From Candidatus Eiseniibacteriota bacterium (GTDB lineage Bacteria; Eisenbacteria; RBG-16-71-46; CAZAMP01), in the NCBI GenBank assembly GCA_965224245.1, contig OZ245046.1, positions 5,536,001 to 5,600,000 on the forward strand: a stretch of 64,000 nucleotides of DNA. Direction: 5' to 3'. Both the position numbers and the translations under genes were made by a program. Positions 17,164 through 25,115 of this stretch are shown piece by piece; the stretch's first letter is position 1, and every line of letters begins with the position of its first letter. Below the pieces are notes generated by a model. That model saw only the letters and a list, made by a program, of their open reading frames with translations. It had not been told where the DNA came from and searched no databases.

Positions 17164-19593
17164 CTACCTCACGAACATGATCTTCCGCGTCTGCGACTCC
17201 GCACCCGTCTTCAGGCGCACGAAGTACGCGCCGGACCTCGCCAGCGACCCGGCATCGGTCCGACCGTCCCACACGACCTGATGGTGCCCGGCCGCCCGGA
17301 CGCCCTCGACCAGCGTCGCCACCCGACGACCCTGCACGTCGTAGACCGCCAGCTCCACGCGCCCCTGGTCGGCGAGCGTGAACGCCATCGTCGCGTGCGG
17401 TCGAGCCGGGTTCGGCGTCACCGGCGCGAGCTGCGTCTGCGCGCTCGGGGTGGAGGCGGCACCGGCGTCGAGCACGCCGCACTCGGCGCAGATGTTGTCG
17501 ACCCAGAACTCCTGGCCACCGACGAGGAACGACTGGATCGGTCCCTCGAGCGTGACCTCTCCACGGATCCCACCGGGCACCGCCACCGTGGTGATCGAGA
17601 ACGTCACCCCCGGGGCCGGATTCGGCGGAACCACCACGTCGATGTCGCCGACGTACAGCGTACCGCCGTTGACCCGGAAGTTCTCGATGCCGCCGAGGTC
17701 GATGAACTCGAACGTGACCTTCTCGACGTCGCACGGGATCGCGCCCATGCCGTATCGCGCCGAGATGTTGTTCAGGGCCATCACGTGCGCATCTCCGAAC
17801 CCGCTGAACGCGAGGTCGATCGTGGCCTGGTTGAAGGCGACGCCGCTGCCGGTGTCGAAACGCTCACCGAACACCCGGATGCCGTTCTCGGCGAACCAGA
17901 GATCGCCCGGCACGTGACCCGAGCACGGCCCGTAGCACTGACCCAGCAGCTGGGACTCGTGGTGCACGAGGAACTCGCAGTCGGCCGGAGGCTCGCCGCA
18001 CTCGGCGCAGATGTTGTCGACCCAGAACTCCTGTCCGCCGATGCGAACCTTGTCGATGAGGCCGGTCAGCGTGATGAGCCCGTCGTTCGGAGTGCCGCTC
18101 ACCGAGTAGGTGACGCCGGCGGCCGGGTTCGGCGGGACATCCACGAAGAGGTCGCCGATGAAGAGCGGACCCCCGTTCACCTGGAAGTTCGCGTCGCCGC
18201 CCATGTCACGGAACTCGATCGTGACCTCCGTGACCGGGCAGCCCAGCGGTGACAGGTCGTAGATCGTGGTGATGTTGTTCAGCATCATGATGTGGCTGTC
18301 ACCGAACCCACCGAACGACGCCTGTACGTCGGCGCAGTTGTACCCGGTGGCCCCGCTGACGTAGACGATCTCGTCCGTGTACACGTCGATCCCACCCTCG
18401 GTGAACGCGTAGTCGCCCGGGCTCTGGCCCACACACGCGCCGAATGCGGTGCCGATGGGCAGAGATTCGTGATCCACGAGGTTCTCGCACGGCTCGGGCG
18501 GCGTGCCGCACGTCGCGCAGATGTTGTCGACCCAGAACTCCTGCCCGCCGATGCGGACCTCGTGGATGACGCCGGTCAACGTGATCAGCGCGTCGTCGGG
18601 AGTGCCGCTGATCGCATATGTCACGCCCGGCGCCGGATTGGCCGGGACGTCGACGAACAGGTCACCGCGGTAGAGCGTCGCGCCATTGACCTGGAAGTTC
18701 TCGATGCCGCCCTCGTCGCGGAACTCGATGGTGACCTCGGTCACGGTGCACGCGAGGGGCGACATGTCGTAGATGGCGGTCAGGTTGGCCAGCATCATGA
18801 TGTGGCTGTCACCGAAGCCCGCGAACGAGGACTGCACCTCGGCACAGTCGAAGCCGGTGGTCGTGGGCGTGTACTCGATGACGTCGACGTAGACGTCCAT
18901 GCCGCCCTCGTTGAACGCGAAGTCACCGGGGGCCTGACCGGCGCAGTTGCCGAACTTCACGCCCAGCGGCAGCGACTCGTGGCTCACGAGATTGGGACAC
19001 GGCTCCACGCTGCCGCAGTCGGTCGAGAAGTTGTCCCACCAGAACTCCTGGCCCCCGAGGCGGACGCGCTGGACCGGACCGTCGAGCCGGACCACGCCCT
19101 TCACACCACCGGGGATCACGGACTCGGTCACGGTGGCGAACACGCCGGGCGCCACCTCCACGCCGTCGAGCGCGCTCAGGAACGGAACCTCCCAGTAGGT
19201 GGCCGACCCGTTGACCCACAGGTTCTCCGAGCCGCCGATGTCGGCGTACTCGAACTCCACGCAGTCCGACCCGCCGATCGCCGACAGATCGAACTGGGTG
19301 CAGACGTTGTTCAGGTTCATCAGGTTCGAGGTGCCGAAGCCGCTGATAGGAGCGGTGATGAGCGCCTCGTTGAAGTAGCTCGATCCACCGAGGCGGTACT
19401 CCCAGACCGTCAGCGCGATGCTGTCCTCGGTGTACATCGGATCGCCGGGCGACTCGGTGCCCGAGCCCCAGCGTCGCCCGATCGGCTGGGTGTCGTTCGT
19501 GACCGTGTTGGCCACCGACTCGCTCGCGACGGCCAGCGATCCGACGAGGATCGCGGCGCTCGCGAGCCGATTGAAGTGGGTGAATGAGAACAT
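17164..19593 (-). CDS. Secreted protein with four tandem ~170-aa domains and C-terminal FlgD-Ig/T9SS-like domain
   Basis: Signal peptide; GGQEFW(W/V)DN repeated four times; CTD PNP..VYDVQGRRV..WDGR..SGAYFVRL; GGGAGG RBS. Confidence 0.88.
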   Translation of the reverse strand: MFSFTHFNRLASAAILVGSLAVASESVANTVTNDTQPIGRRWGSGTESPGDPMYTEDSIALTVWEYRLGGSSYFNEALITAPISGFGTSNLMNLNNVCTQFDLSAIGGSDCVEFEYADIGGSENLWVNGSATYWEVPFLSALDGVEVAPGVFATVTESVIPGGVKGVVRLDGPVQRVRLGGQEFWWDNFSTDCGSVEPCPNLVSHESLPLGVKFGNCAGQAPGDFAFNEGGMDVYVDVIEYTPTTTGFDCAEVQSSFAGFGDSHIMMLANLTAIYDMSPLACTVTEVTIEFRDEGGIENFQVNGATLYRGDLFVDVPANPAPGVTYAISGTPDDALITLTGVIHEVRIGGQEFWVDNICATCGTPPEPCENLVDHESLPIGTAFGACVGQSPGDYAFTEGGIDVYTDEIVYVSGATGYNCADVQASFGGFGDSHIMMLNNITTIYDLSPLGCPVTEVTIEFRDMGGDANFQVNGGPLFIGDLFVDVPPNPAAGVTYSVSGTPNDGLITLTGLIDKVRIGGQEFWVDNICAECGEPPADCEFLVHHESQLLGQCYGPCSGHVPGDLWFAENGIRVFGERFDTGSGVAFNQATIDLAFSGFGDAHVMALNNISARYGMGAIPCDVEKVTFEFIDLGGIENFRVNGGTLYVGDIDVVVPPNPAPGVTFSITTVAVPGGIRGEVTLEGPIQSFLVGGQEFWVDNICAECGVLDAGAASTPSAQTQLAPVTPNPARPHATMAFTLADQGRVELAVYDVQGRRVATLVEGVRAAGHHQVVWDGRTDAGSLARSGAYFVRLKTGAESQTRKIMFVR
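17477..19505 (-). repeat. Intragenic tandem repeat, 4 units of about 510 bp
   Basis: Repeat anchor at 17492, 18011, 18521, 19028 (spacings 519, 510, 507); shared DNA blocks such as GCAGATGTTGTCGACCCAGAACTCCTG. Confidence 0.9.
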
Positions 19594-19800
19594 CGTGACG
19601 TTGCCTCCCGTTGCGAACCGGCGTCCCGGGTGACCCACCCGAGCCGCCGTGGTCGATTTGCGGACCGACTCTTCTCCTGTAGAGCCCGGACGACCGCGGG
19701 GCGCGAACCGAACGGCCCGCCGTCGACTTTCTTTCAACGCATTGCCACAAAACGTGTTATGACATCCGTCAGGATGCGGATCAGATCGCGGAGAGGACTG

Positions 19801-20496
19801 ATGACCACGACGATCGGGCGGCTGAACGAAGGGCATCTCCACGCCGCGCTCAAGACGTATCTGGCCGAGCCCGGCGACGAGCTCGAGGCGCCCGTCGGCA
19901 CCTTTCACGTCGACATTCGTCGCGGCCCGCTCCTGATCGAGATCCAGACCGGGAGCTTCTCGGCGATCGCCCGGAAGCTCCGGATCCTGGTCCAGTCCCA
20001 CCGGGTGCGACTGGTGCATCCGGTCGCCGCGCGTCGCTGGCTCGTGAAGGGGCCGGGGCCCGCGAGCCCCCACCAGACGCGGAGACGCTCTCCCAAGTCG
20101 GCCGGTCCCGAGGAGGTGTTCCGCGAGCTCGTGCGCATTCCGGATTTACTGGCCGAGGAGAACTTCGAGCTGGAGATCCTGGCCACGCACGAGGAGCAGG
20201 TCCGTCGATACGACGGGCGCCGCGGACGCCGCCGCGGTGGATGGGTGATCGAGGAGCGGCGCCTCCTCGACGTCGTCGGGCGCGCTCGACTCCGCGGGCC
20301 CCACGATCTCCTGGGGCTCCTGCCCGACGCCCTTCCCGACGAGTTCGACACCGCCGAGCTCGCGCGGCTGATGGGACGTCCGCGGGGTCTGGCGCAGAAG
20401 GCGTGTTACTGCTTACGCGCGTGCGGTGTCGCGCGCGTCACGGGCAAGCGGGGAAACGCGAAGTGCTACACCTTGACCGAGCGGGGAGACCCATGA
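19801..20496 (+). CDS. Hypothetical protein, PD-(D/E)xK nuclease-like N-terminus with wHTH-like C-terminus
   Basis: IGRLNE..LHAALK, HVDI...IEIQT, RRSPK; GGAGAGG RBS. Confidence 0.7.
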   Translation: MTTTIGRLNEGHLHAALKTYLAEPGDELEAPVGTFHVDIRRGPLLIEIQTGSFSAIARKLRILVQSHRVRLVHPVAARRWLVKGPGPASPHQTRRRSPKSAGPEEVFRELVRIPDLLAEENFELEILATHEEQVRRYDGRRGRRRGGWVIEERRLLDVVGRARLRGPHDLLGLLPDALPDEFDTAELARLMGRPRGLAQKACYCLRACGVARVTGKRGNAKCYTLTERGDP

Positions 20497-20554
20497 CCAC
20501 CGTGCGCTCCACTGAGCGCGGCCGATCGCGACGATACGACCGGTCGGGAGCGCG

Positions 20555-20923
20555 TCACGATCGCGGTCGAACGCGATCGGGCGTCGGCATCTCGTCCAGG
20601 CGGACGGCGGCGATCGTGGTCCGCCCGTCGAGGACCGCTCGCACGATCCGGTGCATCCCGTCCACCACGTCGCCCGTCGGCCCGAGTATGATCGGGTGGA
20701 CGAGGTCCGCGTCGAGCGTCCGGCGACAGTGGTCGGCGAACGCACCCCAGGTCGGCGGATCGCCCAGGATGTAGCAGCCGTCGTTTCGCCACGGGATCGA
20801 GTCGATCGAGACGTCGTGCGCCGCGAGGCCGGTGGCGGCGTCCCACAGCGTCTCGATTCGCCAGAAGAGCTCGCGATCGCCGTCGTAGTCGATGTAGCCG
20901 TGACCGGCGGGCGGAGCGACCAT
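20555..20923 (-). CDS. Stand-alone ParB/Srx-like domain protein
   Basis: PIIL...VVDGMHRI; GAGAGGAGG RBS. Confidence 0.75.
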   Translation of the reverse strand: MVAPPAGHGYIDYDGDRELFWRIETLWDAATGLAAHDVSIDSIPWRNDGCYILGDPPTWGAFADHCRRTLDADLVHPIILGPTGDVVDGMHRIVRAVLDGRTTIAAVRLDEMPTPDRVRPRS

Positions 20924-21070
20924 CGAACCTCCTCTCGACCTGGTTGTGCGCCCTACCGGCGCCGCGAAAGCCGCGGTGGCGCCCGACGCCGCGGGCGTGC
21001 TGACGCCGCGGGCGCGAACGCCCGTGCTGCGCTACACTCGGCGTCGACTCTCACATCGGGACGGACTGCG

Positions 21071-21529
21071 ATGCAAGTGTGGGTGGACGCCGATGCGTGT
21101 CCGAGGCCGATCAAGGACATCCTCCACCGGGCGGCCGACCGCGAGCGGATCCACGTGACCTTCGTGGCCAACCGGTCGCTTCACGTGCCACGCTCGACCT
21201 ATCTCCACACGTGCGTCGTCCCCGGCGGCTTCGACGTTGCCGATGCCGAGATCGTGAAGCGGCTGGAGGCCGGCGATCTGGTGGTGACGGCCGACATTCC
21301 GCTGGCGTCGCAGGCGGTGGAGCGTGGTGCGCACGTGATCGACCCCCGGGGCGAGCACTACACCGAGGAGAACATCGGTGAGCGCCTGTCCGTGCGCGAC
21401 TTCATGGACGAGCTCCGCGCGAGCGGCGTCACCACAGGCGGTCCGGCCGCGTTCGGGGCGGCGGATCGTCAGGCGTTCGCGAATCAGCTCGACCGGATGA
21501 TCCGAAAGCACCACCGACCGGAGGAGTGA
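21071..21529 (+). CDS. yaiI: YaiI/YqxD (UPF0178) family protein
   Basis: VWVDADACP, GFDVAD, VVTADIPLA, TGGPAAF..DRQAFANQLD. Confidence 0.93.
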   Translation: MQVWVDADACPRPIKDILHRAADRERIHVTFVANRSLHVPRSTYLHTCVVPGGFDVADAEIVKRLEAGDLVVTADIPLASQAVERGAHVIDPRGEHYTEENIGERLSVRDFMDELRASGVTTGGPAAFGAADRQAFANQLDRMIRKHHRPEE

Positions 21530-21750
21530 GCATGGGCCTGGCCGATGAGGAGTTCAGCTACCGGGCGACGAAGGACGGCCGGGTCCTGATCTCCCGGCAT
21601 GGGCGCCGGGTCGTCGTGCTCGCCGGGGCGAAGGCCACGCGGTTCCTGGCCAGCGCCGAGAGCCTGGACGGCGAGGCGCTCCAGCTTCTCCTGGCCCGCG
21701 TCACCGGCAACTTCAAGCGCGGCAACGAGCGACCATCGAAGCAGCGGTAG
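21526..21750 (+). CDS. Small conserved-looking hypothetical protein
   Basis: FSYRATKDGRVLIS..LARVTGNFKRGNER; GTGA overlap with yaiI and GGAGG RBS. Confidence 0.7.
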   Translation: MSMGLADEEFSYRATKDGRVLISRHGRRVVVLAGAKATRFLASAESLDGEALQLLLARVTGNFKRGNERPSKQR

Positions 21751-21785
21751 GGATGGTCCGACCAATCGACAGGAGTGTGGCGTCA

Positions 21786-22052
21786 ATGACGAACCGTGAC
21801 GATACGATGCGAATCCGGCTCTCGGGCGATCGACGCGAGCGCACGCTGCGATCGGTCGGCGCGTTCCTGGACGAGGAGCTCGACATCCAGATGAGTGCGT
21901 TCAACCTCGAGCGCCTCCTCGACTTCTTCGTGCGAGAGCTCGGACCTCCGGTCTACAACCAGGCGATCAAGGACGCCCACGCGTTCATGCTCCAGAAACT
22001 CGAGGATCTGGAGGGTGACTTCTACGAGCCCGAGACGCACTACGGCCGCTGA
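21786..22052 (+). CDS. DUF2164 family protein
   Basis: LLDFF..ELGP..YNQAIKDA; AGGAG RBS. Confidence 0.85.
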   Translation: MTNRDDTMRIRLSGDRRERTLRSVGAFLDEELDIQMSAFNLERLLDFFVRELGPPVYNQAIKDAHAFMLQKLEDLEGDFYEPETHYGR

Positions 22053-22080
22053 GTCGATCCCCGAGCCCCGAGGACGTCGC

Positions 22081-22890
22081 ATGGACGAGATCGCCCGCTA
22101 CTACGCCGAAGGATCCGAGGAGCATCGTCTGACCGTGGGAGCGTTCCAGCTGGAGGCGGCCAGGACGCGCGAGCTTCTCCAACGGTTCCTGCCCCGACCG
22201 CCGGCGCGGGTGCTCGACGTGGGCGGCGCCACCGGGCCGTACGCGTTCTGGCTGGCCGAGAAGGGCTACCACGTCGATCTCGTCGATCTCTCGCCCCGGC
22301 TCGTGGAGGCCGCTCGTGCGCGCAACGCGAGCGCCGCCGTCCCGCTGGCGAGCGCCGAGGTCGGGGATGCTCGGGCACTGGAGACCGCCGATTCATCGGT
22401 GGATGCCGTCCTCTGTCTGGGCCCGCTCTATCATCTGACCGACGAAGCCGACCGGCAGCGGGCGCTCGGGGAGGCTCGCCGGGTGCTCGTGCCGAAGGGT
22501 GTCCTGGCGGCTGCCGCGATCTCGCGATATGCATCGTCGCTCGACGGACTGTCCCGCGATCTGCTGGCCGACCACGTCTTCCGGGACATCGTGCGCCGGG
22601 ACCTCGCCGAGGGCCAGCACCGCAATCCCACCGATCGATTCGACTACTTCACCACCGCGTTCTTTCATCGTCCCGAGGACCTCGCGCGGGAGGTGACCGC
22701 GGCGGGCTTTCGAGAGGCCGTGGTCTACGGCATCGAGGGACCGGGCTGGATCCTCCGGGACTTCGACGCCCGCTGGGCCGACGCGCGCAAGCGCCAGGAT
22801 CTCGTCGACGTGGCCCGGGCGCTCGAGCGCGAGCCCTCGGTGATCGGAGCGAGCGCCCACCTCCTGGCGATCGGGCGGAAGGATCGATGA
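22081..22890 (+). CDS. Class I SAM-dependent methyltransferase
   Basis: VLDVGGATGPY, DAVLCLGPLYHL, FTTAFFH, SAHLL. Confidence 0.9.
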   Translation: MDEIARYYAEGSEEHRLTVGAFQLEAARTRELLQRFLPRPPARVLDVGGATGPYAFWLAEKGYHVDLVDLSPRLVEAARARNASAAVPLASAEVGDARALETADSSVDAVLCLGPLYHLTDEADRQRALGEARRVLVPKGVLAAAAISRYASSLDGLSRDLLADHVFRDIVRRDLAEGQHRNPTDRFDYFTTAFFHRPEDLAREVTAAGFREAVVYGIEGPGWILRDFDARWADARKRQDLVDVARALEREPSVIGASAHLLAIGRKDR

Positions 22891-23050
22891 CGTGGAGACC
22901 GGCCGCGCGCGTCGTGGCGTCGGGAAGCGAGCGTGGCGTTCGCCGTGCTCGTCGCCCTGACGACCGCGTCCTTCGAGGACACCGGCTGGCGCGTGGGGGT
23001 CTCGACCGGTATCATCCGACGAACGCATCGCCCGCGCCCGGGAGAATTCG

Positions 23051-24253
23051 GTGGATTCCTCGTCACGAGTCATCGTCGTCGGAGGTGGCATCTTCGGCAT
23101 GACGGCGGCCGTCTCGCTGGTGGAGCGTGGCTTCGACGTCACGCTCTGCGAGGCGGGATCGGTGCCGAACCCGCTGGCCGCGAGCACCGACATCAGCAAG
23201 GTCGTCCGGATGGAGTACGGTCCGGACGTCCACTACATGGCCCTGATGGAGGCCGCGCTGGCCGGCTGGCACGAGTGGAACGACCGCTGGGCCCAGGCCG
23301 GCGGCCGGCATCTCTACCACGAGACCGGCGTGCTGATGGCGTGTCGCGACGAGATGACGCCGGGCGGCTTCGAGTACGAGAGCTATCACAACCTCCTCGC
23401 GCGCGGACACGCACCCGAGCGCATCACACCGTCTCTCCTGCGCGAGCGCTTTCCGGTGTGGAATGCCGATCGATTCGTGGACGGGTTCTTCCACGCCAGG
23501 GGGGGGTATGCCGAGAGCGGTCGTGTGCTCCAGGCGATCACCTCGTGGCTGTGCTCGACCGACGTCACGATCCGCGAGCAGGCTCCCGTGGCCGAGATCC
23601 GACGCGAGGGAGCGTTCGTGCGCGGTCTCACGCTAGCATCGGGCGAGCGTCTGGACGCGGACGTCGTCGTCGTCGCCGCCGGAGCCTGGGTACCGGCGCT
23701 GGTGCCCGAGCTGTCGACCGTATACCAGCCCACCGGACATCCGGTCTTTCATCTTCGCCCTACCGACCGCGACCTGTTCGATGCGACCCGGTTCCCGACC
23801 TTCACCGCCGACATCTCGCGAACGGGCTTCTACGGCTTCCCGATCACGTCGGACGGCGTGGTGAAGGTGGCCAATCACGGTGTCGGTCGTGCGCTCGGGC
23901 CCGACGAGCCTCGGGAGCTGGATCCGGCGGACGAGCCGCGCCTGCGGCGCTTCCTCCGCGAGTACTTTCCGACGCTGGCTGACGCCGAGGTCGTGTTCAC
24001 GCGACTCTGCCTGTACGCCGACACGCAGGACGGAGATTTCTGGATCGATCAGCACCCCGATCTCGTAGGGCTCGTCGTGGCCGGCGGCGGAAGCGGCCAT
24101 GGGTTCAAGTACGCGCCCATCCTCGGGGACATGATCGCCGACATCGTTCAGGGCAAGGCGACCGACTGGCGTGAGCGATTCCGGTGGCGGCCCGAGGTGC
24201 GGTGCGAGGTCGGGCGCGAGGCGGCCCGATGTCACACGTATCCCACGAGCTGA
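23051..24253 (+). CDS. FAD-dependent amine oxidase (sarcosine / fructosyl-amino-acid oxidase family)
   Basis: GGGIFG dinucleotide motif, AASTDISKVVR, FYGFP, RLCLYADT.DGDF.ID, GSGHGFKYAP. Confidence 0.88.
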   Translation: MDSSSRVIVVGGGIFGMTAAVSLVERGFDVTLCEAGSVPNPLAASTDISKVVRMEYGPDVHYMALMEAALAGWHEWNDRWAQAGGRHLYHETGVLMACRDEMTPGGFEYESYHNLLARGHAPERITPSLLRERFPVWNADRFVDGFFHARGGYAESGRVLQAITSWLCSTDVTIREQAPVAEIRREGAFVRGLTLASGERLDADVVVVAAGAWVPALVPELSTVYQPTGHPVFHLRPTDRDLFDATRFPTFTADISRTGFYGFPITSDGVVKVANHGVGRALGPDEPRELDPADEPRLRRFLREYFPTLADAEVVFTRLCLYADTQDGDFWIDQHPDLVGLVVAGGGSGHGFKYAPILGDMIADIVQGKATDWRERFRWRPEVRCEVGREAARCHTYPTS

Positions 24254-25110
24254 CGGAGAGTGACGTGGCCGATCCAGCCGAGCGCCTTCTGGCCCTGGCA
24301 CGCCGCAACGCGCGCGAGCGTTTCCCGACCGACCCCAACGTGCATGCAGCCATCCTGACCGGCTCGGTTGCGCGGGGCCGAACCGACGATGCCTCGGACG
24401 TCGACACCATCGTGTATCTGAAGGACGCGGCCTCCCAGGAGATGTTCGAGGCGACGAAGGCACGGGCCGTCGCGTCCGGAGGGGGCTTCTATCACGGCTC
24501 GCCGGCCGACGGGTTCGGCGTGTACGAGTTCGTGGACGGGGTGAAGTGCGACTTCGGCTACGGGTCGGTGGCCGAGTTCGAGACGTCGGTGGAGACGTTT
24601 CTCGCCGATCCCCCGGTCGAGGGCGAGATGCAGACGATCGTGTCGGGCTTCCTCGATGCGGTGCCTCTCCACAACGCGCCATGGGTCGAGGCGTGGCAGG
24701 ATCGGCTCCACGCTTACCCCGAGGCCCTGGCCGAACGCATGGTCCGCCACCATCTGGGGGTCACGCCTCGCTGGATCCTCTCGGAGATGGGTCTGGCTCG
24801 CGACGACTTCCTGTTCACGCGCGAGTGCTTCTTCGGGGCGGCCAAGCGGCTCGTCGGCGTTCTGCTCGGCGTGAACCGCGTCTACGATCCGGGAAAGGTG
24901 AAGGGAATCGCGCTCACCGTCAGCAGGCTGGCGCACGCGCCGCCCGATCTGCTCGAGCGGCTTCGCGCGCTCACCGGCGGATCACCGGCTGCGCTGGAGG
25001 TGCTGGACGGGCTCGTGACCGACGTGTACGACCTCGTCGATCGCCACCTTCCCGTCGTCGACACCGGGCCCGCCCGAGAGCGGTATCGCGAGACGTTCCG
25101 CCGGGGATAG
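24229..25110 (+). CDS. Nucleotidyltransferase domain protein (Pol-beta superfamily)
   Basis: LTGSVARG..DDASDVD motif; helical C-terminal domain with VNRVY.P..K. Confidence 0.78.
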   Translation: MSHVSHELTESDVADPAERLLALARRNARERFPTDPNVHAAILTGSVARGRTDDASDVDTIVYLKDAASQEMFEATKARAVASGGGFYHGSPADGFGVYEFVDGVKCDFGYGSVAEFETSVETFLADPPVEGEMQTIVSGFLDAVPLHNAPWVEAWQDRLHAYPEALAERMVRHHLGVTPRWILSEMGLARDDFLFTRECFFGAAKRLVGVLLGVNRVYDPGKVKGIALTVSRLAHAPPDLLERLRALTGGSPAALEVLDGLVTDVYDLVDRHLPVVDTGPARERYRETFRRG

Positions 25111-25115
25111 GCTCG

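Noticed and set aside
19725-19780. AT-rich IHF-like site (TTTCAACGCATTG) and CATCC-N4-GGATG palindrome upstream of the repeat protein
   Set aside because: No correctly spaced sigma54 motif found nearby; insufficient to call
11464-25110. Integron or prophage
   Set aside because: No integrase, repeated attC sites or phage structural genes seen; many genes overlap directly
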